Virus record (IMG/VR): IMGVR_UViG_3300025254_000001
Source: a virus
DNA length: 64,000 nt
Direction: 5' to 3' (one strand)
Part shown: in pieces, positions 54,802 through 62,449 of the stretch
Layout of the letters: each line of letters begins with the position of its first letter
Position numbering within the stretch: the first letter of the stretch is position 1
Position numbers and translations under genes: made by a program
Notes under the pieces: model-generated
Told to the model about the DNA's origin: nothing
What the model saw: the letters and a program-made list of their open reading frames with translations, nothing else
Database searches by the model: none

Positions 54802-55085
54802 GCTACTCCTTCAAAGTCCGTGGCGTCGACAAGGGCCACACCAAGGATCACGTCGCCGCCGAGCTGCTGCGCGTGGTCGCCACCCAGCCGATGCACCACC
54901 GCGACAGCCAGCTCGCGCTGGCCGCCGCGACCGCCTTCATCGACCTGATCCATGACGACGCCACCAAGGACATCGGCGTCACCGTCAGCGGCTCGCTGGG
55001 ATGGAACGGCTCGTCGCCCGACGAGCAGATCACGACCGGCAACGTCAGCGTGTCGGTCTACCTCGTGGACAAGGACGCTGCCTGA
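54798..55085 (+). CDS. Hypothetical protein
   Basis: 95 aa. ATGA overlap with the upstream stop. Confidence 0.5.
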   Translation: MSYSFKVRGVDKGHTKDHVAAELLRVVATQPMHHRDSQLALAAATAFIDLIHDDATKDIGVTVSGSLGWNGSSPDEQITTGNVSVSVYLVDKDAA

Positions 55086-55088
55086 GCC

Positions 55089-55349
55089 ATGGAGACCTGC
55101 CCGGATTGCGTGGCCGCCAGCAAGCGGCTCTGGGGCCAGTACAGGGCCGACTGCGTGGTGTGCTCTGCACGGCACATCGCGCGCGGCCCGGTCTGCGCCG
55201 AGGCCGCCAAAGCCGGCCGGATCACCTCGCCCTACCGGCGCCAGCTGGAAGACGTCGTGGGCCAGCGGCACTGGTTCGCGCTGCATGGCGTGGTCACCGC
55301 CTGGCTCAACGGCCACGCCCACGATGTGGTGCCGACCTGGCCGTACTGA
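55089..55349 (+). CDS. Hypothetical Cys-containing protein
   Basis: 86 aa. N-terminal CPDCVA...CVVC motif. Confidence 0.5.
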   Translation: METCPDCVAASKRLWGQYRADCVVCSARHIARGPVCAEAAKAGRITSPYRRQLEDVVGQRHWFALHGVVTAWLNGHAHDVVPTWPY

Positions 55350-55351
55350 GG

Positions 55352-55555
55352 ATGGGCGTCGCGATGGTCGCCGTCTCGATGAATCCCCGCGTTGAGCTGG
55401 TCAGCTGCCGTGACGGCTGCGGGCTCCAAGCCACCGCCGAACAAGCCGAACACCAGGGCTGGACGCTGCTGGCCGTGCAAGGTCGGTGGCGCTGCCCAGC
55501 CTGCGCGCTCGCTCTCAGGCGAGCGAGCGAACCCGCCCCGCAACCAGCATCGTGA
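55352..55555 (+). CDS. Small zinc-ribbon-like protein
   Basis: About 67 aa. CRDGCG...CPAC motif. Start uncertain (55352 or 55364). Confidence 0.4.
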   Translation: MGVAMVAVSMNPRVELVSCRDGCGLQATAEQAEHQGWTLLAVQGRWRCPACALALRRASEPAPQPAS

Positions 55556-55568
55556 AGGAGGACTGAAC

Positions 55569-55958
55569 GTGCAGCACGCCATCAACAACGACGACGTCAT
55601 CCTCAACGACTTGCTCGGCCGCTGGCACCGCTGGGCCTGCGATTACCGGACCGCGGTGGGCTACCCCTCCGCTGCCGCATACCTGGCGCAGTACCGGACC
55701 AGCCGCCAGTACGACGACGTCAACGGCGCCCTGGACGGCGACGTCGAGAACTGCATCATGAGCGGCGTGGACGGCTGCCTGAATTCCGTGCCCCAGCCCT
55801 ACCGCAACGCGCTGCACCTGAACGCGCGCAACCTGGTCACCGGCCTGACGGTCTGGCGCTCGCCGCGCCTGCCGGTCGACGACATGGAGCGCGCGCAAAT
55901 GGTGGCCGAGGCCCGCGCGATGCTGATCAAGCGCCTGCGCGTCCGGGAAATGCTGTGA
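55569..55958 (+). CDS. Putative late-gene regulator, Q-like antiterminator (QuuD/phage-82-type pattern)
   Basis: 129 aa. GTG start with strong SD GAAGGAGGA. LLGRWHRWA...YPSAAAYL echoes LERWGAWA...SSIAAGF of Q-type antiterminators. It is the last gene of the early-right operon and is followed by a terminator. Confidence 0.45.
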   Translation: MQHAINNDDVILNDLLGRWHRWACDYRTAVGYPSAAAYLAQYRTSRQYDDVNGALDGDVENCIMSGVDGCLNSVPQPYRNALHLNARNLVTGLTVWRSPRLPVDDMERAQMVAEARAMLIKRLRVREML

Positions 55959-56043
55959 TCGAGCAGCCGGTCGAGTCGTAATTCCCAGCCCGGCGCTTGA
56001 CACGCAGGACCGCGCCGAATTACATTTTCGCCCGAGGCCACCA

Positions 56044-56078
56044 GCCGCGACCACGTCCGACGTGAACGCGGCTTTTTT
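56044..56078 (+). terminator. Intrinsic terminator ending the early-right operon
   Basis: Long imperfect hairpin GCCGCGACCACGTC-C-GACGTGAACGCGGC followed by TTTTTT. Confidence 0.65.
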
Positions 56079-56096
56079 GTGCCCAATTAACCCGTG

Positions 56097-56117
56097 ATTC
56101 GTGGCACAGAAAACGAG
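56097..56117 (-). promoter_or_regulatory. Degenerate copy of the island promoter motif (ATTCGTGGCACAGAAAACGAG)
   Basis: Together with the following ~30 nt it aligns with 56964-57012. The -10 equivalent is weak (ACGAAT). Confidence 0.3.
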
Positions 56118-56171
56118 CCTGCGGGATTAATTTCACCTATGACGCAGCGCCTGGCCGGCCATGCGGGAATT

Positions 56172-56348
56172 GCCCAAAAATGCGGCATTGCCCAATTAAG
56201 TGGCAGGGCATTCCTAAGCTGTTGATTTGGTGGAAGAAAACCCCCTCGACAGCGCTCTTATCGCAAGGGTGGCAAGGGGTTAGTAGGGCCGATCCCGAAA
56301 ATCGCGGTACGCAGGGTTTACGCCCCGATGCGAGGAAGTGTCGATTTT
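56172..56348 (+). repeat. AT-rich non-coding element, copy B (paralog of 12606-12804)
   Basis: Aligns with copy A over about 180 nt. It lies between the + terminator (56044-56078) and the - terminator (56393-56421). Confidence 0.7.
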
Positions 56349-56392
56349 CTATGGGCTGGGCCGTCGTTGCGTTGTCGGCTCGCCGGCAGCTC

Positions 56393-56421
56393 GGCGAAAA
56401 GGAAACCCGCCGCAGCGGGTT
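56393..56421 (-). terminator. Intrinsic terminator (minus strand)
   Basis: AACCCGC-CGCA-GCGGGTT hairpin. The minus strand continues TCCTTTTCG. Confidence 0.55.
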
Positions 56422-56436
56422 GTGCCTGATGGCCTG

Positions 56437-56592
56437 TCAGACCCTCTTGAAAATCCCGGTGCTCTTGACGATGAGCTTCATCTGGTAGCGCAGGGTGGTG
56501 ACTGCCTTGACGTTGCCGATCAGCGGTGCGACTGCGGCGCGGTAGTTGGCGATCTCTTCGGGCGTAGCCGGGCGGGTCGTGCGGGTGGTCAT
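56437..56592 (-). CDS. Small hypothetical protein (51 aa; below the ORF-track length cut-off)
   Basis: My translation: MTTRTTRPATPEEIANYRAAVAPLIGNVKAVTTLRYQMKLIVKSTGIFKRV. SD GAAGGAG upstream. Confidence 0.5.
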   Translation of the reverse strand: MTTRTTRPATPEEIANYRAAVAPLIGNVKAVTTLRYQMKLIVKSTGIFKRV

Positions 56593-56673
56593 TGCGTGGG
56601 CTCCTTCACAGCCAAAGGGAACTGCTCCCCGTGGCTCGACCCCGCCGCAACGGGGTGAAGTGAGCTGGATGGC

Positions 56674-56937
56674 CTATCGTGGGACGTCGCGGGTGACGAC
56701 CCGGTGCTTGCCCAAGCCGGTGTCGATCACCGACTCGAACCTGCACTCAGCCACGCGGGTGCCGGCGGGCGTGTAGCGGTTGATGATCTTGAGCAGGCGG
56801 CACTCAACGATCTGGCCGGCTACGAACTCGTTCTTGGTGAGCCAGACCTTGAACCGAAGGCCGATCGCGCCCTTGGCCATCGGCTCGGCTCGTGCGGCCA
56901 GCTTCGCGTTCTGCTCGTCCTGGGTCATCGCGTACAT
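56674..56937 (-). CDS. Hypothetical protein
   Basis: 87 aa. SD AAGGAGAG. Island promoter motif about 27 nt upstream. Confidence 0.55.
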   Translation of the reverse strand: MYAMTQDEQNAKLAARAEPMAKGAIGLRFKVWLTKNEFVAGQIVECRLLKIINRYTPAGTRVAECRFESVIDTGLGKHRVVTRDVPR

Positions 56938-56963
56938 GCTGCTCTCCTTGCTGCTGATGCTTT

Positions 56964-56985
56964 ATTGTGGCACAGGAAAAGAGCC
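56964..56985 (-). promoter_or_regulatory. Island promoter motif copy (minus strand CTTTTCCTGTGCCACAAT)
   Basis: TGn-extended -10-like CACAAT upstream of gene 56674-56937. Confidence 0.5.
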
Positions 56986-57568
56986 TGCGGCGCTAAATGC
57001 ACCTATGGGCGGACTGCAGCCATCCCAGTTCCTTGATCGGTGCTGGTGGATCGAGGCTCTAGAGGGCCGGACGCGTTTAGAAGCCCGTAGCCGAACTCGA
57101 ATCGGTGGCTGTGGGTAAGGGTTGGGAGGTCGACGATCGCCGTCTACGCGCCCGATACGCGCGTTGGTTTGGCGCCATAGACCGACCTGCCTGGCCTGCT
57201 GGCCGACCTGCACGCCGCGCCCGCCAGCCCACTCGCTCCGGTCCGGTCGCCCAGCCCAGCCCGTCCAGCTCGGCGTCGCCTATCGCTGCTGCTGCACCAT
57301 CTGTGGCCTGGCCATCGCCGCTGCCCGCCCATCCACCCTGCCTATCGGTGGGGGGCCTGCCGCACACCCTGGTCATCCCCACGCTAGAGCGGCGTCGAGG
57401 TGTTGCGCACGTGGCCGAGGGTTGGCGAGGGGGTGGTTTGCAATTGCCCCAGCAAGGCCCATAGGTGGTCCTGCAGTGGGGTCGGTGAGGCGGGCAGGTA
57501 GTCCAGGGGTTGCCTGGGCCTGCCGAGGTCCCGCAGGGCCCATCCCGGGCCTCGGCGGGGCATTGACG

Positions 57569-57775
57569 TCAGAGCCGCTTGGCCTTCTTGTCGATCAGCT
57601 CGCGCAGCCAGTCGGCACCGCCGAGCTGCTCGAACGCCTCGCGTTGCGCGCGGTTGCAGCGCACCCGGATCATGTCGTCCCGGTCGCTGGACTTCGAGCC
57701 CTTGGGCCGGCCGATCTTCTTCGGCTCGGCGGCCGGCTCTGCCTCCGGCTTGGCCTTCTTCGGTTCGGCGATCAT
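57569..57775 (-). CDS. Small basic DNA-binding protein (RHH-like), paralog of 44802-45011
   Basis: 68 aa from ATG 57775 with SD GAAGGAG. KKIGRPKGSK, then IRVRCNRAQREAFEQLGGADWLRELIDKKAK. Confidence 0.55.
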   Translation of the reverse strand: MIAEPKKAKPEAEPAAEPKKIGRPKGSKSSDRDDMIRVRCNRAQREAFEQLGGADWLRELIDKKAKRL

Positions 57776-57824
57776 GGCGCGCGCTCCTTCTGCTGTTGCG
57801 CCTGTGGATGCAGGCTCGATAGAT

Positions 57825-57844
57825 AACTGTAGCACAAGATAAAC
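57825..57844 (-). promoter_or_regulatory. Island promoter motif copy (minus strand TCTTGTGCTACAGTT)
   Basis: TGCTACAGT extended -10-like sequence upstream of the RHH-like gene. Confidence 0.45.
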
Positions 57845-57876
57845 AGACCGATTTCCGCGGGCTAAGCATTGATGCG

Positions 57877-58320
57877 ATGCACGGGGTCCTCCCCGAGAGT
57901 CCTGCTCGTTGCAGGAAGCCCGCTCCACTCCTTCGTCCGATGCCCTGGTCCGCGCCCACCGTCTGCTGTCGGGCTGGTTGCCGAGAGCTGGTCAAGGTGC
58001 CCGGCTACTGCGACGCGCACCGGGCCGAGAACTACCGCGAGTACAACGCCAAGCGCGCTGGCCGCAACCTGCAGACCGACAGGTGGTATCACACGGCGCG
58101 CTGGCAGCGCCTGCGCAAATCGGTCCTGGACGCCGAGCCGCTGTGCCGCATGTGCACCGCTGCTGGCCGGGTGACGCTGGCCGTGCTGGTCGACCACATC
58201 AAGCCGGTCAAGTTCGAGGGCGAGTTCTGGGACCGTGGCAACCTCCAGCCGCTGTGCAACCACTGCCACGAGATCAAGAGCCAGGCCGAGGGATCGCGGT
58301 CGCGGCCGGTTGCGCGTTGA
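57877..58320 (+). CDS. HNH endonuclease
   Basis: CRAGC...YCDAH and LVDHIKPV...NLQPLCNHCHEIK motifs. Start uncertain (ATG 57877 or 57940). Confidence 0.75.
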   Translation: MHGVLPESPARCRKPAPLLRPMPWSAPTVCCRAGCRELVKVPGYCDAHRAENYREYNAKRAGRNLQTDRWYHTARWQRLRKSVLDAEPLCRMCTAAGRVTLAVLVDHIKPVKFEGEFWDRGNLQPLCNHCHEIKSQAEGSRSRPVAR

Positions 58321-58627
58321 GCAGGTCGTCCTGCGCCACCGTGGCCTGGGCGATGGCCTGCGCCGCGATGTCGTCGAACGTTTGCCATGCCAGCGGCATG
58401 ACGTCGAAATGCTGCTGGTAGGCCGCGCGGATCTGCTCCAGCGCCTTCAGCAGTCCCGGAGCGCCGGCCGCCAGCGCGAGGTTCGCGCGCTGCTTGGCCA
58501 CGAGCTGCTCGCCGTTGTGGCGGATGGCCATGAGCCAGCGGCCGTCAGGCGTGAGCAGCACGTACTCGTTCGCGTCACCCTGCTCGCGCACGAGCCATGG
58601 GCCATCCGTGTGGGTGATGGTGGTCAT
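58274..58627 (-). CDS. Hypothetical protein
   Basis: 117 aa. Its 3' end overlaps the HNH 3' end convergently by 47 nt. Confidence 0.5.
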   Translation of the reverse strand: MTTITHTDGPWLVREQGDANEYVLLTPDGRWLMAIRHNGEQLVAKQRANLALAAGAPGLLKALEQIRAAYQQHFDVMPLAWQTFDDIAAQAIAQATVAQDDLLNAQPAATAIPRPGS

Positions 58628-58887
58628 TCGTCGTTCTCCTGCGGCTGGGCGCCGGCGGCCATCGCAGCGGCGCGCGTCACACTGAACTGCGCGAGCGAGT
58701 CGCCTTCGTTGCCGATGGGGTAGGCGTTGACCGTCAGGTCGCCGGCCTGGCTGACATCGATTCGCAGCGCGAAGGCTCCGACGTTCACCCAGCCCGCGCG
58801 CTCGTGCTCGACGCTCTCGCCGTCGAGCCGGCCGTCCAGGCGCACGATGTCGCAGTCTTCGACCTCGAAGGTTCCGTTGGTGCTCAT
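58624..58887 (-). CDS. Hypothetical protein
   Basis: 87 aa. ATGA overlap with the upstream stop. Confidence 0.5.
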   Translation of the reverse strand: MSTNGTFEVEDCDIVRLDGRLDGESVEHERAGWVNVGAFALRIDVSQAGDLTVNAYPIGNEGDSLAQFSVTRAAAMAAGAQPQENDE

Positions 58888-59297
58888 GATGCGTCGCTCC
58901 TGTCGATGGGCGCGAACAGCTGGCGCATCATTTCCATGGCCTGGTCGTAGGCCCGATGGAGCTGCACGGGATCGACGCCGGCGCGCACACCGAGGCCATG
59001 CCAGCCCCGGTCGTGCACGTAGTCGCGCAGCGCCGTGATGCCTTCGGGGCAGAAGTGCGATTGGCCGATCGCCTGGATGGCGCGCGTGACGATGTCGAGC
59101 GGGCCGGCCGAGGCGGGCGCGGCGTCGGGCGTGAGATAGCTCTCGTACTCGTACTCGCCGTCGCCGACCTTGTGGCTCTCGTCGCCGTCTTCGCACTCCT
59201 CCTCGGCCAGCTTCATCGCCTGGTCGTCGGTGTCGCAGCCTCCGATCTCGTAGTGGCGTGTGATCTTCTCGACCACGGTGACGCGGTAGCGGCTCAT
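58884..59297 (-). CDS. Hypothetical acidic protein
   Basis: 137 aa. ATGA overlap with the upstream stop. Confidence 0.5.
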   Translation of the reverse strand: MSRYRVTVVEKITRHYEIGGCDTDDQAMKLAEEECEDGDESHKVGDGEYEYESYLTPDAAPASAGPLDIVTRAIQAIGQSHFCPEGITALRDYVHDRGWHGLGVRAGVDPVQLHRAYDQAMEMMRQLFAPIDRSDAS

Positions 59298-59653
59298 GAT
59301 GGGCTCCTCGGTTGGGTGGTGGGCTTGTCGGTCCAAGCCGCGAACAGCCTTGGGCCGTACACCCGGCTGTTGCGCGTGATGCGAAGGCAGGCGTGCCAGG
59401 TCTGGAAGGAGCTGTAGTCGCCCCACCAGTTCGGATGATCGTCTAGGCGCTGGAAGGCGTCGCCGAGCGTGCTGCGCTGCAGCTCTGTCCTGCGCGGCAT
59501 CGACTCGAACAGCGACACCACGGACGCCGCGATGTCGGCTGGCGAGGTGTTGACGTCGACGACGCGGGCGACCTCCTTGAGGCCGTCGACCAGCTGCCTG
59601 CAGAGCTTGTCGAGCGCGCGCCCGCGCAGCTCGTCGGTGCGATAGCGGCTCAC
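59294..59653 (-). CDS. Hypothetical protein
   Basis: 119 aa from GTG 59653, with a GTGA overlap with the DUF488 gene stop. Confidence 0.45.
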   Translation of the reverse strand: MSRYRTDELRGRALDKLCRQLVDGLKEVARVVDVNTSPADIAASVVSLFESMPRRTELQRSTLGDAFQRLDDHPNWWGDYSSFQTWHACLRITRNSRVYGPRLFAAWTDKPTTQPRSPS

Positions 59654-60033
59654 AGCAGCACTCCCTGCCGGGACTCCGGCCTGGCGATCTCGAACTCCGG
59701 CACCTCGATGTGCAGCTCGCGCTCGAACCACGCCGCGACCAGGCGGCGATGGCACCAGTTCGTCTCGGTGAACGGCGGCTTCTCGTAGCACAGCAGCACC
59801 GGCTCGGCGCCGGCGGCCAGCTCCATCAGCTTGTCGTGCACGACCTTCGGATCGAGCAGCGCCAGCTGTTCGGCGTACAGGCGCTCGTACTCCGGGCGCG
59901 TGACGCTGTTGAACCACGCCCCCGGCGCCAGCGGCTTGAAGATGCGAAAGCCTGCCGGCGTCGAGCGCGGCGGGAAACGCGAGATCGACACGCGACCCGG
60001 GCCGGTGTAGGTGAAGAACGAAGCGGTTTTCAT
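59650..60033 (-). CDS. DUF488-family protein
   Basis: 127 aa. GRVSISRFPPR...LAPGAWF...VLLCYEKP...WCHRRLVAAWF pattern. SD AAAGGA. Confidence 0.6.
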   Translation of the reverse strand: MKTASFFTYTGPGRVSISRFPPRSTPAGFRIFKPLAPGAWFNSVTRPEYERLYAEQLALLDPKVVHDKLMELAAGAEPVLLCYEKPPFTETNWCHRRLVAAWFERELHIEVPEFEIARPESRQGVLL

Positions 60034-60064
60034 GGGGACGGTCCTTTCGTTGCCTGGTAATTGA

Positions 60065-60081
60065 TTGTAGCACAGAAAAGT
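60065..60081 (-). promoter_or_regulatory. Island promoter motif copy (minus strand CTTTTCTGTGCTACAAT)
   Basis: TGCTACAAT extended -10, with TTGCCA 18 nt upstream as a -35. About 32 nt upstream of ATG 60033. Confidence 0.55.
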
Positions 60082-60202
60082 AGATGATGGCAAGGGATCA
60101 GGGGCTTGTGAGACACTTCTCGCACCTGGCTGGACCCCTTCACGGTCTGGCTGGGTAGAAGCCCCGGTACCGTTGGCGCGGAACCGGGGCTTCGTCCTTT
60201 GA

Positions 60203-60940
60203 TCACGCGTTGGCCGTCACCAGCACCGTGTACACCCCGGTGCCGGAGGACTTGAAGGCGCCCTCGGGCAGGGCCTCGATGGTCCCGCCGCGGCGCTCGA
60301 TCTCCGCGCGGAACTCGGTGGTGAGGCGGTCGCTGCGGAACGTGACGCCGGCCGACATCACGGCCACCAGGCGACCGCCCGGCTTCAGGAAGCGCAGGGC
60401 GTGGAGCACGTGCTTGACGTCCTGGCGGTTGCTGAACGGCGGGTTCATGACGATCCGGTCGTACACCGGGCGCGGATCGCAGCTCATGAAGTCTGTCTCC
60501 TGCACGTCGTCGAGCCAGCCCAGCGAGCGCAGGTGCGCCGCGTTGGCCGGCATCTTCTCGATCGCGTCCAGGAACGCGATCCCCTTGAACGGCTGCACCA
60601 GCTTGCCGCGCCCGGCGCTGGGTTCGAGCACGCGCATGCCGCCGCCCACGTCGGCCGCCTCGCACACCCGGTCGACGACAGCCGGCGGCGTCTCGAAAAA
60701 CTCGAACTCGTCCTTCGGCACCACGACGCTGCCGGTCAGGATGATCTGCTCCATGCGCTCGGCGGCGTCGCCCTCGAAGACGTGAGCCTTCGCGCGGCTA
60801 TTCCATCGGCCGCCGGCGGCCATCAGCACCTTGTTCACGCGCACGTACAGGTGCCGATCGAGCTGCTGCTCGATCACCAGGTGCGGGCCGTTCATGCGCG
60901 CGCTGCTCAGCGCGGCCAGGACGTTCGTTTCGATTTCCAT
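60203..60940 (-). CDS. DNA N6-adenine methyltransferase-like protein (NPPF motif)
   Basis: 245 aa. VLEPSAGRGKL (SAM motif I) and IVMNPPFS (motif IV). SD AGGAGAG. Confidence 0.7.
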   Translation of the reverse strand: MEIETNVLAALSSARMNGPHLVIEQQLDRHLYVRVNKVLMAAGGRWNSRAKAHVFEGDAAERMEQIILTGSVVVPKDEFEFFETPPAVVDRVCEAADVGGGMRVLEPSAGRGKLVQPFKGIAFLDAIEKMPANAAHLRSLGWLDDVQETDFMSCDPRPVYDRIVMNPPFSNRQDVKHVLHALRFLKPGGRLVAVMSAGVTFRSDRLTTEFRAEIERRGGTIEALPEGAFKSSGTGVYTVLVTANA

Positions 60941-60963
60941 TTCGCTCTCCTACTTCGTTCGGG

Positions 60964-60999
60964 CACAAAAAAGCCCGCGGCTGGTCGTTCACCGCGGGC
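60964..60999 (-). terminator. Intrinsic terminator (minus strand) after the DUF932 gene
   Basis: GCCCGCGG...CCGCGGGC hairpin. The minus strand continues TTTTTTGTG. Confidence 0.6.
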
Positions 61000-61016
61000 G
61001 CTGGTTGTGGTGGGTA

Positions 61017-62039
61017 TCAGCTGACCGTCGAGGCCAGCAGCTTCAGGGCCTTGTTCTTCATCGCCTCGCCGTCGCCGAACCAGGCGGACGACAGGCGCGT
61101 GTCGTCGCCGCCGCGCGTGTGGTCGACATACTCGGTGACGGCGTTGAGCAGGCCGAACGCCGTGCCCTTGGCTTCGGGCAGATCTGAGCCGATCGCGCCG
61201 CCGTCGAACAGCGCCATGATCGACTTGAACGCGCGCGTCTCTTCCACTGACTTGGGCGGCTTGACGACCTGGCCGGGCTTGGCGTCCTTGGGCGGCGTGG
61301 GCAGCGGCAGCAGCGCCTTCAGGAAGGCCGCGCAGAACGTCTCGTTGACCTGCTGGCGCGCGAGCCGACGCGTGGTGGCGAGGAAGCGCTCCCACTGGTC
61401 GAAGACGATGCCCAGATCCAGGCGCACGTCCTCCGCATTGAACTTCGCGTTGTGCGGCACCTTGATGACGCTGCCGACCTCGTCGTGCTCTGAGGCGCCT
61501 TGCGCCCCGTAGCCCGCGGCCATGGTCAGCGTGTTGTGGCAGACCACGCGCACGCTGGTGAACTTGGCCGTCGTGCTCAGGCTGGCGTCGTAGCTGGTGG
61601 CCAGCAGCACGTAGGGCCGGATCTTGTCCGTTTCGAGCAGACACTCACCGTCGTTGACGCGGGCGAGCGCCCAGATGCGCTTGCCGCCATCGAGCGCGCC
61701 GGCCGTCTCCAGCTCGAACCCGTTGTGCTTGATCAGCTCGGCGAAGAAGCCGAGGACTTCGGCCGGCTGGACCACCTGATACCACTTGGACACGATGCCC
61801 AGCGGCGCGTGCGTGTCGCTGCGATAAAGGACGTCGCGCTCTGGGTAGACGATGACCCCGCCGTCCGGCTTCATGTATTGCACGGCCGTGCGCTGGACGC
61901 TATGGCTCAGGCCCGCCTCGATGGCCCAGGTTTCGATGGGCGCGCCGGGCGTGAGCGCCTTGCCCATCTTGTGCCAGGGCGTCTCGCCGACGTAGGCGAT
62001 GGCGGCGCGGCCGGTGGTTGTGTCGATCATGTGTGCCAT
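61017..62039 (-). CDS. DUF932-family (phage/plasmid-like) protein
   Basis: 340 aa. The start MAHMIDTTTGRAAIAYVGETPWHKMG is typical of DUF932/TIGR03299. Confidence 0.7.
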   Translation of the reverse strand: MAHMIDTTTGRAAIAYVGETPWHKMGKALTPGAPIETWAIEAGLSHSVQRTAVQYMKPDGGVIVYPERDVLYRSDTHAPLGIVSKWYQVVQPAEVLGFFAELIKHNGFELETAGALDGGKRIWALARVNDGECLLETDKIRPYVLLATSYDASLSTTAKFTSVRVVCHNTLTMAAGYGAQGASEHDEVGSVIKVPHNAKFNAEDVRLDLGIVFDQWERFLATTRRLARQQVNETFCAAFLKALLPLPTPPKDAKPGQVVKPPKSVEETRAFKSIMALFDGGAIGSDLPEAKGTAFGLLNAVTEYVDHTRGGDDTRLSSAWFGDGEAMKNKALKLLASTVS

Positions 62040-62050
62040 GGTTTCACTCC

Positions 62051-62302
62051 TTACAGTGCTGTGATGGCGAGCCGTTGGCGCGGCTCGTCAGGGATGGCCG
62101 CGGTTGCGGTCGGTTGGGTACTGGGTGAGGTAAGCGCTTCGAGCCAGTCGCGCACGAAGCACTCACCGCGAACGCCGTGCTCGCGCACGTAGCGCACGCG
62201 CTTCTGCGTGATGTTCATGGACGCGGACAGGCCTCGAATCGTCTTGCCGTTCACGCGCATCAAGCGCTTGACCTGCGGGCCTGTGAGAGTCGTCTTGTCC
62301 AT
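62051..62302 (-). CDS. Small HTH protein, probably translated from a leaderless mRNA
   Basis: 83 aa. IRGLSASMNITQKRVRYVRE helix-turn-helix. The ATG lies 6 nt downstream of the TACAAT -10. Confidence 0.55.
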   Translation of the reverse strand: MDKTTLTGPQVKRLMRVNGKTIRGLSASMNITQKRVRYVREHGVRGECFVRDWLEALTSPSTQPTATAAIPDEPRQRLAITAL

Positions 62303-62307
62303 GTCTT

Positions 62308-62325
62308 AATTGTAGCACAGAAAAG
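62308..62325 (-). promoter_or_regulatory. Island promoter motif copy (minus strand CTTTTCTGTGCTACAATT)
   Basis: Identical 17-mer to the copy at 60065-60081. Confidence 0.55.
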
Positions 62326-62449
62326 CCATGGCGGACTATGGCGCGTGAAGGAATTTTCGATGTCCCACTGCTGCTGTCGCTGCTGCTGCCAGTGCTCTCT
62401 CGCCGAAATCTCGGCACTCCTTGCAACCCTTGTTCAAAAGGTAACCACC

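Noticed and set aside
57077-57826. ORFs of 100-234 aa on both strands across 57.0-57.8 kb (for example 57122-57826 +, 57105-57464 + and 57077-57382 -).
   Set aside because: The translations are Arg/Pro/Ala/Gly-rich and shadow-like, with no SD or family resemblance. One of them also runs antisense through the credible RHH-like gene.
56097-62325. The TGGCAC/TAGCAC part of the repeated motif read on the + strand as a sigma-54 (-24/-12) promoter.
   Set aside because: There is no TTGC element at the required spacing, and there are no + strand genes downstream. On the minus strand the same sequence gives a good extended -10 correctly placed upstream of genes.
62360-62449. A possible N-terminal extension of gene 62450-62704 that starts at ATG 62360 with a good SD (GAAGGA). 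It would encode MSHCCCRCCCQC, with seven Cys in nine residues.
   Set aside because: Third-position GC over this stretch is about 63 percent by my count, clearly below the downstream coding part. The Cys run comes from a TGC/CTG repeat. I keep ATG 62450 as the start, but the extension is not excluded and Ribo-seq or MS could settle it.
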